From NCBI GenBank assembly GCA_000934665.2, contig JYFJ02003147.1, forward strand, positions 1-46,006: a DNA stretch of 46,006 nucleotides, in the 5' to 3' direction. Shown here one piece after another: positions 12,648 to 26,559 of the stretch. The translations under genes were made by a program, and so were the position numbers. The stretch is from Catajapyx aquilonaris. Lineage: Eukaryota. Positions within the stretch are counted from its first letter, which is position 1. Each line of letters starts with the position of its first letter. The notes below the pieces were generated by a model, which ran no database searches, had not been told where the DNA came from, and worked only from the letters and a program-made list of their open reading frames with translations.

Positions 12648-15600
12648 TCATTCCCCCTCTTCCTGGGCTATTTTCTGATCTGCCCTTTTTAATATGGCCC
12701 TCTCCAAGCGAAAATAGGAGCTGAGGATCTCTTTCATAGTCTGTCTGTCCACTCTGAGTATATCGGTAGTCGTCTTTGCCCAGTATGAGAATTTATGCGG
12801 TACATTGCTTCTAAGGCCTTGAATCTGAAGTTAGAAGAAATAGGTTATTTATTCAGAAGGGTTTCATATTTTCTAAGCCAACTCCATTATTTTATGATAA
12901 TATTATGCAGGATATACCCACTTCTCCAAACACGTCGTGTGGGAAGAGGACATTAACTTCAACTCGAGTTTCGGCTGCGAGCACTCCTACTGTCCCTCGG
13001 TGTACAAAGTATAAATTGTCATCTACTTCTCCAGCCTCTACTATTGAATATCCAGGCAGGTAAGGAACATGATGAACACTTACGCACAGTCTTCTCAAAA
13101 AGTTTTCATCAGCTCCTTGGAATAAGTAGGACTATAGCAGGAAGTTGAAAATAATTAATTGATACAGTATCACATTATGTGTTATGTAGTTATGTCACTT
13201 CAATTTCATGATTTCTGCAGTTGGCGGTGCATACAATACAGTAGGTATAGGCATAAGTTACTTATAAATTATACACCAACTCAGTGTTTGACTCCGGAAA
13301 TTATTATCTTGTGCATACCTGTTTTATTGTTTCGCCATATACGGCAAAACATAAGTCAGATCTCAGGCAATATGGGGTCCTTCGAAGGAATTCTGGTGTG
13401 ATTACTCCTTTGTTTTTGAACCAAAGGTAGGCAATATATGCTCGTAACTTTTTGGTACTTATATGAGATACTTTATGGTGCTTTAGCCGGTTCTGAAAAA
13501 TATCATAAATATGAGAATTTCAATTACTCTTTCTTGACATAATTATAAGTGTACAAAAATGAGAGAAATGAACATGAACCACGTCGGTCTGGTAACCAGA
13601 CGTATAATAATAAGAGCCTTTTAAAATTTATTATTTTGTCGTTCCCCTGATAGGCTTGCATGTTGAGACAGGTTGAGAGCTTAAGGTAGTTCTTGCGCTT
13701 GGAAACGGAGGGAAGGGGGAGGGGAGTTGAGCCTATGTTTATACATGGGGCGAGCTGGCCAATACCAACTTCTGCGATTGTAAGACATTTCTGCTAGTAT
13801 TTCTCTGAAACAGTGTTTTGAGTACGTGTTTCGCGTCGGATACGTTACGGGAACATTTATTTGGGGGATAATAATTCCCTCGTGCACTTTTGTCCCGGAG
13901 AAGAGCAGAAATATGGCTGTTCCAAATAGCGGAAAAAGTGCGGGAAATCCGGCAGCGTTGCATACGTTGGTAGCCCTTGTCAACAACGTATCGATGTTTC
14001 GATGTATCGATATTTCCCCCCAGCGATATATCGAGTTCTCGACCCCGATTATTACATCGATATTTTAATAAAATTACAGTGATTTGAGCTTATCAGACAT
14101 CGATATTTTATAAGTAAACCATCGATATATCGATATCAATACATCGATAGTCCCATCTCCCCCGCCCCATTCGAACGTGCCTCCTTTGCTGGTAACTTAG
14201 GTAACTGTCTAGTCGATCAATAACTTGAGACCAGAGACCAATCTCACATACTCAATCATACACAATCATACATAATCACACAGTACCGGACCGGCGTTTC
14301 ATTCAGAAACTCCACGGACAACACTTGCACTTCCCTTGTCAGTTACATGCCATTCTGAAACCTAGGCGGCTCGGGATTTTCAAATCCCGAGCGAAGGCCG
14401 CCAAGACGACCGTCGCTTACAGCGTTGCCACTTCGACGCCAACTGTAGAGTCGGCTGCTCACAAAATGACGATTTGCGGGGGAAGGACCATGGTGACCCC
14501 TATGAAAATCGCCACTAAATAAAACTCCCGACTTTCCCCCACATTAATATGGTTTTTTGTTAATATCTGAATATTTTTAAAGAAGCTAGGGACACTTTTC
14601 TCGAGGCCCGCAGACCGGCTCCCATAAGGCTCCATGCATAAGGGGCCGCCAGAAGCCCAACTTTGAAAATTAATATCTCACAAACGAGATAGACGAACCT
14701 CTTGAAACTTCACAGGAGTATGTGCGACATGCCCAGGAATGGATTGTGTGATTTTCACGAAATTGTCAATAAATGGACTTAGCGCAAGAAATACCTTAAA
14801 ATAATGATATTTGAATTTCTAGTACTTACCATAAGGCCACTAATTTTAATCTCGAAGTTTACTTTGGCGAAGTTTTGCAGCCCGGAAGTGATGTCACCAA
14901 GTACGACTCCAAACACAAATTTGGAACCCAGCATCGTTATGACAAGGTAAATCATTTCAGACCAGCACTTGGGGAGATGACACGCATCTCCGTATCCGGT
15001 AGTGGAAAAGGTCTCAATGACTTTGTACAGCTTCAAGCGATATTTTTCGAAAGGACCTGATGTTAACAGGTTTTGGCATTCTGAAAGTATCAGAAACATT
15101 AGGTGGCACCCTTAGGGCCGATTGTGTGATTGACAATTAAGAAATGAAATCTCCAATTATATTGAACTATGTACTATAAATACATATATACGTAACTTTT
15201 ACATTACTCACCTGCATGATCTCCGTAAAATTTCTGTTCTACTTTGATTTTGCATCGGAACAAGTAAAGGCCACAGGCAAAAAAATGGCAAAGCAGTGCC
15301 AGGGATATCAAGAGCCTCTTCGCTTTCAAGCTTATTAAGTTGATAAACAGTTTTTCTCCTCTTATCTCAAAGTATTTCCAGAAATGCAGCTGAAACAGAA
15401 GATAATTTGTCACAAGGTGTGGACTCTTTAGTGGATGATGACTTATTTTATCATGATGCTACTGAACTTACAACTCGTAATAAGCGAAGTACTTTGAACC
15501 ATGACCACAGTGGGCCCCAACTTTTGCTGCCGATAATAAAAGTGATCAATTCAAATGGTAAGGTAGACATTAAGTCCAAAATGAAGCCGAAATTGTCCTG

Positions 15601-18600
15601 CAAGTATCTGAACATCAGAAGATATTATTGGTCAGTTTTTAAGCTGCTCGGTATTTGTGTTCCAGAGAATTACCTTTCCTTGATTTTCTTCACATCTAGT
15701 ATTAAATCTCCCAATTCGTTGACAAAAGCAAGCTGAAAGCTGATACACATCTTGATCCAAAACACAGCATCTATTACAATCTCTATCCCATTTACGAGTC
15801 GGCTATTATCTTCGAAAGCGATGCGATAAGAAGTCATGAAACAGCTTAGTACGGCCGCGAATGTCACGAGCAAGCTGAACTGTATTAAGAGGGCTGACTC
15901 TGGATCCAGCACTTTTCCGTCGCTCCTGTGTTTGAAATAACTCATCAAGTGACGATGAAGAATGCCAAGAAGGCTTTTCTGGTTGTTATTGTACTTACCT
16001 CTCTTCAGATATGAAAGGTTCCCCCATAACTTTACTAGTTCGACGAATTATTCGTTGAAAGTACGTCTTTCGGGGTTCAAGTTCACTGATCTCCATGTCC
16101 AGAATTTCTTCATCGTGGCTTTCTGGATGTGTTGTCTTTTGCGCTGGTGATTCTTTCTTATTCTGTACGAAATATATTAGTCGGAAGATTGGTAAATTTG
16201 ATTGCTGATCCGGCCATAAAACTTCGGAGTAAAGAAATAAACATATTAAAAACTTGCCAGGGCACATAGAGCACTATTCTCTAGGTTTCTTCTGATGTCT
16301 GGAAACGAATTGAGTACACCCTGAAGTTCGTCCCTAGTTATCATGAAAGCATCTACATTGGAGCTGCAGACTATGTAAGCAGCTTCGTGCATTTGGGAAT
16401 ACATGGCCACTTCTCCAAAGAAACTGCCAAACTCGAGTGACCTCAGACGCACTCTATCCTGTGACTGCACTTCCAATAGACCTCGGTGAATAAAATACAT
16501 CTCATTGCCCACATCTTTGTACTGGTAAATCACTTCTCCTTTTAAGAAGTACACCGGTCTCAGCAGAACTGCAACGGATCTCAAAAAGCTTAAAGGAGCC
16601 TCTTGAAAGAATGGAACCTGCCAAACGTAAACAGTTTTTTATCTATCACCTATCGTGGTAGGCAGCTTATTTTATGTTTAGTTTACTAAAATTTTACAAC
16701 ACCTTTTTTATAGTATCTTCAAACAGGCTGAGGGCTACATCTTGTTCCAAAGCTGTATGCACGTTGGTGAAGAGGTGATGAAAATTAACGCCTCTTGTCC
16801 TGTGCCACTGATACTCGAAGTGGTTGTATACCCTCCTAAAAATAGTAACATTTTCCTCATTGTGTCTAAACATCACACTCTCGTCTGAGTGACTCGTTGG
16901 TTTCGCATAGAAATATATAAAGCAATACTCGCACCCTGATATTATAATACTTACTTTATCATAGTTGAATCAATACTTTCATTTTTTAAGAACTTAAGGA
17001 GTCTCTTGGTATTGTATTGATACATCAAGTGCTGCAGGTTGTAATGGCACTGGGAACTTGTAATGCTGGCAACTATGTAACCGAAAAGCAGAACTCCTAT
17101 GACAATCATACTGCAAGCCAGTATCATTTCGTCAGGGTCTTGAGGTGTGATGTCTCCGTACCCGACCAGTAGGAAAGTGGCAGTGACCCAGTATAGTGAG
17201 AGAGTGTACTTCTGAAACCATGTCCTTTTCTTATACATACCACCTGAAAAATTATCGCAGGAAAAATAATTTACTTGTCTCAGTTATATAACAGTGGAAA
17301 TATTAATCGTAACATGCCTGATGCTGACAGCCACTTGTTGAAATAACAATGATTAACATCCAAACACATTATATTTTGATCATGTTTCATCTTAAAGTTC
17401 TCGCAAGATGATGCGTCCTTGAAAACTCGGTGTTTTGTTACGTCTGTGACAGCGGAAGTGGGACACGCTTCCCAGAAGCAAAAGCAAGCCATAGCATTCA
17501 CCACTATTAAATATATCGGGATGAACTTGAGAACACTGGCGAAAAAATTTCAACTGTGATTATTGCAACCGCTTCGCTGTAGAAAAGGCATAGTAACACA
17601 TAGGACTACTGTTATGACTGCATCAAAAACAGTACACTCAATATAATTGAAAATGTTTCTTGCCAAAATACGGCATTTCATACATAAAAGATGTGTAAAA
17701 AATAAAGCCTGAGTCCTCTTTCCCTATACACAAAATAGGCATACTTGAATCTTGTGCAGAAAGCATTACTGTAAGAGCGTGGTCATATTTAAAAAAAAAT
17801 CCTAATCTGACTAGTTAAGATAACTGAAGTACAAAGGAAAGTAAAATGATTGCAAAATCTTACCGTATCACATTTGTCTTGAATAGAACTTCAGACTCGA
17901 AATTGGAAAAAGCTTCAATGACCAGGTAGAGCTGCGTGAGACGTAGCATTCGTATTAAACTCAGGTAAGCTGTTGTGCTGTTGGGTGTAATTAGTTGCGA
18001 CAAATCTTAATACACTAGGTGACCGAAGTAGTATAGACGTGAAGAGTGAGCATACTTACTCGAGTTTTTTGGTAAAATGTTGGATGATTATATCTATTGG
18101 GACACAACCTATAAAATCCACTAAGAAGGACCCTAGAAGGTAGTGTTTAGCAGTATACAATGGGTGACTCACAACCAAATTCTCTTTGTTGTAATACGCA
18201 GTGTGCAACCGAAGATACCTACAAAAGAATAAACGCGGTAAAAATATCTAAATAGTGAATAAAGTTCGTCCAGAAAGTACGCCACGCTGGTAAAGTAACT
18301 ATATACTTCCTGAATGGACATAATGACCATTAGCTATGATTAATCAACATACATGCTGATCATTCCAAATGTGTCAATCGTTAAGGTTATAATCCTTAGT
18401 TTATGGTGAAAGGCAGGGTACGTTTCTGTCATTGGAACAATCAGGGCATTGACCATAATTCCAGCGCATCTTATATATGTCCACCACTTCAAAAACTTCC
18501 CTCGGGGCATGATTGTAGTTCTTACCAAAAAATATCTGTGTAAAATAATTACAAAAAAGAAAACTTGTAAACAGACAGGCCCCTTTCATTTTGAGGTATC

Positions 18601-21600
18601 GGCGCACCTTATTACGCTGAATTTTCCCAGCTTCATGAAAGGAGCAAAAAAATCATCCATTTCATGAACATTTCGTAATTGTCCAGGCCTCTTGAACGAC
18701 TGCATTCCCAGTTTATCCTCGCACCACATACACAACTGCTTTCGTCCATAAGGTATCGGTTTTCCTTTGCCAGTCACACCTTCACTTAACTTCTGAAAGA
18801 GATGAAGCGAATAACAGTAAGCGTTTGAACGGCATCCGATTGTCTATTTGCTGGTCATACTCACCACCTTCGCAGATGTGCTGTCGATTACTGAGAGAAG
18901 CTGTTTTTTGAAGGATGGATATAAATTCAGAATGTTCCTGATATCCGTTGTCTTGATGAATGCCAGCTCGCAGTGGGATATCGTTTTGATGACTATGGGT
19001 GATGGCAACCCGTACAATGTGCTGAAGACGCCAAGAGTACTTCCAGGTCCTATGACTCCTAAGGTTCTGTCACCGCTTGGAGAAAATGTCTGTCGGCACA
19101 ATTTGTCATACATTAAAAAGGACACTGACGACTGACGGAGTGCAGTACTAAGTTGTAAGGCTTGTCTTTCTGACTTGTCAAATCAATGTGCATCGACACT
19201 TACCTCGCAATAACCTCGCCTAATCATGTACATTCCGGGTATCAGGTCATCAGAATACAAAACTATTTCATGAGGTGGTAGCATGAACACGTGGGACACT
19301 TTGGCAGCTGCCCTGGTGATTTCTTCAGGGACATGCTATCAAAAGAAAGTTTTACGCAATAATAGTCTGAGATCATTAAAAGCTAAATTAATATCCTACC
19401 ATAAATAGTTGCATAGATTTCAATGTATCCATGAGGGCTGCTTCTAGCACGCTCTCTTGCAGTGGAGAAGGGAGGTTGTTCAAAATGCGATTTGAGTTCG
19501 GGAGCGATAATCCCTGAGAATTTTCCCATTGCAGCTCAAAGTAAGATAGGATTCGTCGTATGAGATCTAGCCCTATGTAATTCTCCTGCATGAACTTTTT
19601 AATGGCAAACAGCTTTTTTTGAAACTTCACCCTGAAAGACAATGTTTCATTCCAAAGTACATTGGCAACCAAATTTTTTAATGTTAGAACCTACAGTATT
19701 TCATGACTAAACTTATACCTAAAATACTCTATATTATAAAATGATGTACTAACTTGTGTTCACCATCATTACTTAAAGTGGCGGCCACATGAGAAGCGAA
19801 GTGTCCAAAAAGTATTGTCCCTATGACCATCTCCAGACTGACGAACATGACTTCCCATGGGCCATAGGCCTTGATATCCCCAAATCCGCAGTTGGAAAGG
19901 ATAATGGTAGCAAAGTATAGAGACACCAAGTATTGGTTCTCAGCGTACCTCTTTCTTAGGTACTTATTACCTGCCTCTTCCTGCCTTTCTAACATAATTG
20001 TATACCAGGACCTCGGGATATAGTCTGTGCATTCTCTGCGGGAAGAGAGTTTCAGGAGGTGAATATAAACGCTCCTTAGTTCAATTGAGCGACTTGAATT
20101 TTCCTCCCATAAAATCCAGCGACTTCTTTAATGGATTAACTACAACACTAGGTAGGAACTGGCATGTTATTTTTAGATGCAACAGTATCATCTGAGGCAT
20201 GTGGAGCATTTGACAATGTAGTTCAAGTGAAGAAGTTGTATAGCAAAGAAAGAAACGCACTAATTATAAGTATGAACAATCAAGGCCGTATGCAACTGTC
20301 TGGACTGTTGCTTTTCCTTGTTTTGTGAATTTAAAATCCATAACTTTTTCTGTTGAACATAGGAATTGAGAAGCTCTGTGTTCGTGTACACTACAAGTTG
20401 TTCTAGTTCACTGAGGAAGCATTACCTTACATCCAGGCATGCAAACAAGTACGTGAGACAACCGAACCAGTGGCATGCGATGATAAAGTAAACGAATGTT
20501 TTCACCACTCGAACTGTCACTGTACTCATCCATATGTTGTCTTCAAGATTGGTAAACATGGCCTCAATCTGCAATGCAAAATGAAAGGAGATGCAAGCGG
20601 GGTACTGATCATATATGGCTGACACTGCCATGACATTTCAATGTGATTTATGCAAACTTTTAGGGTGAATTCCTTGACACTACAGGAATACTGTACTTTA
20701 TGTACGAGTATAGAGTCATAAAGGAATAATATTATTTGCTATCCGCAGCCTTTTTACTAAGGTTAATTAGCAATAATCAACAAATGCATTGTAACAGCTC
20801 CTATGGCGATGATCAGCTTACAAACCTTCTAACTCCTCGACTTTTGCCTATACGATACGTAATGGTGATTGCAAATTAAAATCGTATGGTAGCACCTACA
20901 TTTTTAAAATGCAAATGTCAAGGTCGCGTGGAGATATTTTACATGCTGGTTAATGGTTGCACAGAGTTCTCAGTTCTGGACCTCACATTAACTTTCCATT
21001 TCATATCCAGTACCATCATACAACCTTCTCCAAATACGAGTACAGCCCCTTCTTGCAAGACTTCCAATGTTTAAAGTACGGTACCGTATATTATCTTGTT
21101 TAGAAAATGTATGTAAAAATGATCATCGAGTGTTGAGAGGTTCACCATGGAAATTCTGAACCATTACCTAGATACTAATTATGGAGACTTACCTTAAAAA
21201 TTTTCACAAGTGGTATCCCTCTTAATACACGTCGTACTATTCTTTGATGGCTTTGTTGACTTAGGACGTATGAAACCACATAAAAAGGAAAGATGCTTAG
21301 TAAGTCCATCAATACTGTGTATGTTCTAAATTTGTGCTTCATAAGTTCTCTGAAATTCATCTTGTTTCCTAAGAAAAATGAATTTCATTAAGAGGTAGTG
21401 TTATTGACCATCGTTCTTTCCTATAGGCATCTTACCCATACAATCATACAATATCTTCACTTTATCTGAATCCCACCTGGGCCTCAGGATCACCCACCAT
21501 GATATCTGATTACGATATATTGTTCAGACATTGGGTTCAGAAAGACGCTGAGTGGTCATGCCTTGCTTGGATAATTTCCGAAGCTTCTTGTGTCATATGC

Positions 21601-24600
21601 ATGACATAATATTACGGAAATTTCTAGTTTCGACGACCTTCTTTTTTGACTTCAGTTATCGGGGTGGGTGATCCGGCGTAGGGTGCAGGCATTCAGATTT
21701 TTAAAAAATGCAAAATCAAAGCGTAAATTTGCATTCATATTACTTGTAAGATTACCGTAATATACTGTGCCTCATACTTAATTGTAGAAAATTGTACAAA
21801 AATCAGAGATATCCCACTTAATATTGACAACATAAAGTTGTGGCATCTTCCCCTGACTTGCACTATATTCTGCTCCTTAAAAAAATAGAGTTAAGGTTCT
21901 TACCATCCTGTACATCTGTGGGGTTCAAAACATCCATGATGAAATCCACCAAGTAGACAAAATCAATGATGTATAACTTTATGATGGCTTCTTTGGGCAA
22001 GGGACTGACAAACACCGCATAATAGGGAAACAGAAATACATGTGCGGTAATGACACCAAGCACAACCAGCCTTATGACCTTTGATAATGTTTGAATAATT
22101 TTCATTTTAAGATCTTGGAAATTCGTAAATGCCAGTATACTACCATCCTTCGAGAATGCTACCTAGAAGACAAAATGTTTATGAGTAATTATACGTAAGA
22201 AAGAGTGGAAATGCACACTTGCGGTCACCTCCTTAAACTTGTACATTCCTGAGTACGGAGATTTCTGAGATTCTGCGGGCTTGTGAAACATGAGAAACTT
22301 ACTTCCCAACGCTTTTTCCCTTCTTAGACGATTGGCAATTAATAACTGCGATAGCCTATTTCCTCTGAAATGAAAAAAATGTCAAATTACTACGGTTGAA
22401 AATAATGTTTAGTGCAACACACTCGTCATTTGTCAGAAAAATATCACTGATCTGGTTAAGGAGATTTCTTTGCAACAATGTGGGATGCAGGAAAGATGCC
22501 ATCCATATAACGAATAAGTGCTCACCCGTAATTCCTACTCTCTATGATTTTAGCGTAGTCTCTCTCTGCTTCCATGACTGATTCTGCAATCCACGTTAAT
22601 CTACCCTGAAGACAGGCATGTAATGCACTATTGATCACAAATATTTTTTAAAGCTCACTCATGTTCCACACATACCATAATAATGCGAGAAATAATCTCT
22701 TTGGCCTGAGGAAGCCGTTCTTCGGTTATGCACTTCATGTCTTGCTTACGCAACATGAGTACTCTGCATAGAGTTCTGGCCCTCACATTAGCTTTCCATT
22801 TCATATTATCCAGTACCATACAACCTTCTCCAAATACAGCCCCATCTTGCAAGATTCCCAAGGGCGTATCTAGATCATCATTGGTTACTATCTGCAACAG
22901 TCACTTTTTTTTAAATAAGATAAAGCAGCCAAAAAATCCATCTCACTCAACAACTGGTGGCTATTATTCTATTAACTTATTTCATGCCAAAAAGTGTATG
23001 GCAAATCTCTGCTGGAGCTACGTAATCACAAGAAATTTTGTTGACATAGAATATTGGCTATGCTTCACTACTGCCACTTGCCCACATGAGTGAGGTGAGC
23101 TGTTGATGTTGACTCGTACCTCGACTTCTCCGGATGTGATGTAGAATAAGCAATTCGCTGTCAGATTTTGATGGGTCAAGTATTCACCTGGCTGATAATA
23201 ACTATAAACGACGTGAACTGCTAGTAGAGACTTAGTCACCTCGTTCAAGTCTTTCAGCAACGGGGACTGAAATTTTGAATAATAAGGACAGTATTTAGTA
23301 GCAGCCATATTCCTTTGTTGCACAAACTATACTAGAGATTTGGTGAGAAAAAATATTGAGGATATCAGTGAAAGTATCAGTTTGAAATAGTTAATCCCAG
23401 TTTGAGGTACAAATCTCCAACTTACTGTGATTAAATTATAATGTTTTCTAGCCTATGAAATAATGGCTTCCTTACGCTACGGAGTAGGCCTTGGGCAAGT
23501 TCAGAGCATACTGCGGCTCTCATGGTCAATGGCAGCAAGTCAAGAAGTTCGTCGCTCTTGGTACTCTTGATCTTCCAACGATGTTCGTAGAATTTGGTGG
23601 TCTTGTTCACAATCTCTTTTGGCAACTCCAACCTTGTCTAGGACAAAAATTATTTGACTGACGGAATATTATCAATGTAAAAAGACAATAATGCAATTAA
23701 TTGCTTGATAAAAAGTAAATGAACAGGTGAAAATGTAGCCTAATAAATATTAAGCACTGGAGTGCAGAAGACATTTGGATTAAAATTTAGCCTATAAGAA
23801 CAATAATTACCTCCGAAGTATACGTACCAGGTATTCTTTGGCTTTTCTGGCTTGGAAAAAGAGTTTGGATCTGCATCTGTCACGTTGCTCCGAATTCAAG
23901 GACATGTAGCCCACCAACAGGCCGTACACTATTCCAAAGCCCAATATCATAACAATAATGGAGAACCATTCTTCTACTTTATTGGTAGGGTAGACGTCAC
24001 CAAGTCTACATGAGAAAAAAATGACCAGCATGATGCTTACCACATTCGAGATAAATTAATAATGACACTGCGAAGAGCAGCTTATAAGGAGCTGGGAGTT
24101 ACCCTGCCGTTGTAATGGTCGCTGTACTCCAATAGAGTGATGCGATGTATCTTTCATACATTGTATCAAATCCCATATCAGGACCGGTGTCATAGAATGT
24201 GCCCAACCAAGTATCGTTTTTTTCGCAAGTAGGGATGTGAATGTAAGTACGCTGAAAATTAAAAAGTATTAATCAAATTATCTAGCAATGCATAATTATC
24301 CATATTAAATAATTGATTAAAGTTACAATTAATTTAGATTTGTTTATTTATTATCCGTATAATTATAAATTAATTCGTTAAATTGAAATTAATTAATCGC
24401 AATGGTTCTATTCCTAAAGCCTGATATACATGGTAGTCAAAATGAGACGTCATCCGTATGTTATGGGAGTATAGTTTTACTGATTTGATTATGGAAATTT
24501 AAATAGGTTCAGATGGCTTATTGCTATTACACAGGTACTAACTTTTAAAAAAGAGAGCTTACTGCTCCCTAACCATCTCTAATGGAGGAGTGGTCTGAAT

Positions 24601-25847
24601 CAGCATGGTAGTCCCCAACAATTACGTTGGTGCTGACGAAACAAAAATTAATGCCACATTATCATTTCAATGGTATCTGAAATTACCGGACTTAAGAGAA
24701 CAAATGGTAATTTATAATCCTCCAGGCACATTTTTGACCACCATGCATAGCTGGGGATGTAACTTGTAAAACTCACTGGACAAGACAGGCAGTACCACAT
24801 GCACGTGACTCCATGAAGGACAACAAGTAAAATTATGGAGCAATATGTTTTTAAGAGGAAGACAGCGTCCACACCAAGTCTGTCTGCTTGTTCATCTGAG
24901 GGGAGGAAATGGTCGTAATTAATAAGATATTGGACAACACTCTCAAAGACTGGTGTAGTGGCAGGCAACTTACTGAGGATCTTAAAACACCGGCACATCC
25001 TCAAGATGCGGTTGAGTCGCAAATATACCGTAGTATTCCTAACTCTATAATCTGAGACTTCAGTTTCAACAATGAAGATATCCACAATTGTTACGGATAT
25101 GAAATCCAGAAGAAGATATTTAATATCTGTTCTTTCATTTTGAGACAACAGAGAATACTTCCCTCGCAGAATCATCTTCAACTGAGGCATCCTTTCGCGA
25201 GTCTCAATCACAACGTAAGCAATGTATGCCAAGTCACAGGTATACAGGATCACCTCGAGCCATAAGTAGCTGTTCATGTCCATGAAGACTCCGTACATCA
25301 CAATGGCGTAGGAGATGAGAGTAGTGAGCACCACCACATAACGCCATATGCTCATAGTCATAGAATCGTCCAGGTGGAGTTCATGAATCACCTTACCGGG
25401 GACAAAGACAGACGGCATCCTTGCATGCACTTTGCTCGTGAACCTACGCATATTCCTCATTAAGTTGGGGACGATGAGGCCAATACTTTCTCTAAATGCG
25501 TAGATTCGAGTGCGATTCATGGCGCTTGTGAGTGACCGAAAGTCCGTGACTTCATCCGTGCTGCAGATGCTTTGTGACGGTCGAATCTTGTTATACTTGC
25601 CAGAGTCAGTGGAGGATGATGGTATGGACAAACTGAGTCGATGTTGGAACCTGCCTGATGACGTGCTACTGCCCTCGCTCATCATGGACCCCTTCCTTTC
25701 CTTTCCAGTGTCAGTTCCTGGAGACGGAGTTGAGCTCGTCAACGGCTGTCTGGATTGTTCCGCTTGCCCCGATTGGTCTGGTGGTAGTTGGGCTTGAGAC
25801 GGGTGTATCTGGAGAAGTTGAGCTGCTTGTTTCTGGCACCTGGGCAT
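12648..25847 (-). CDS. CNGK: Single-chain four-repeat cyclic-nucleotide-binding-domain K+ channel (CNGK / tetraKCNG-like)
   Basis: Four successive units of S1-S6, pore, C-linker and CNBD. Pores: SLYWSTATITTAG|LGD (~24150-23995), SLYFATIILSNCGFGD (~19925-19875), SLYWVTATFLLVGYGD (~17200-17152), KLYKVIETFSTTGYGD (~15035-14987). CNBDs at ~23270-22680, ~19335-18870, ~16617-16260, ~13130-12700. Inter-repeat exons can be joined in frame. Stop TGA at 12650-12648 after ...IAQEEGE. Start tentative. Confidence 0.88.
13685..14795. mobile_element. Non-autonomous Kolobok-like DNA transposon in a channel-gene intron, containing an ATCGAT-rich hAT-like fragment (~13988-14158)
   Basis: TIR GGTAGTTCTTGCGCT / AGCGCAAGAAATACC (14/15), with TTAA at 13681-13684 and 14796-14799. 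Confidence 0.78.
20958..21070 (-). pseudogene. Degenerate intronic copy of part of the CNBD1 exon (source ~22765-22862)
   Basis: Shares ...CTCACATTA.CTTTCCATTTCATAT...CCAGTACCAT...ACAACCTTCTCCAAATAC...AGCCCC.TCTTGCAAGA... with the exon, with several indels. Confidence 0.85.
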
Positions 25848-26559
25848 TGTCAGTCCTATTCTTCGTCGAGGGCATTTCTCCAAAATCGAAGTTGGCGTTA
25901 AGTAAAGCAAGAATGCTGTTGTCGCTAACGTAAACAGGTCATTGTTTGCTTATTCCTGTACACGTGGTTTATAACTAACCAAAAGCAAATCATATTATAG
26001 CATGGTTCAGACACTTTTTCCAAACTTGACAGAGGTTGTCTGGGCACGTAATTGGTAGGACGACGAATGACAATGGAAAAGTATTCGAAGGCGATTAACA
26101 CACATAAAACGGGGAAAATAATTACATACCGTGGCTTTTATGGTATTGTAGTCTACGTATTTATTTTATCCTGCAAGTTAAACTGACTTGCGAAAAATAA
26201 AGTGCCGCAGTGGCTATCAATAGTTGGAATAAATACGGTATAGTACGGGAGAGATTTTCTTAATTATTAAAAAAACTGTTATGAAATATGACGTTCAACC
26301 CAAATGATTACGTACGCAACTCCTGCTCGTACGTGGCGCGCCGATTATTTGCGTCATCAAGACACGTGAGCTCCTTATTTCCAACCCCTAGTCACTCGTA
26401 ATAGTCGTAAATCCAGCCGACTCGATAGTATCAAACGCAATGCTTTTTTCCGTTTCCTGCTGTTGCATCCCTCGACCAGCTCAGATCATGTGAATATTGC
26501 ACCCCCTGCATTCCTTCCTTCCTTCCCACCAGTTCAGTATTAATCAAAAGAGAGCAGCC

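Noticed and set aside
12648..25847. Four separate HCN/EAG genes
   Set aside because: The spacers between repeats are short and hold in-frame linker exons, with no obligatory stops.
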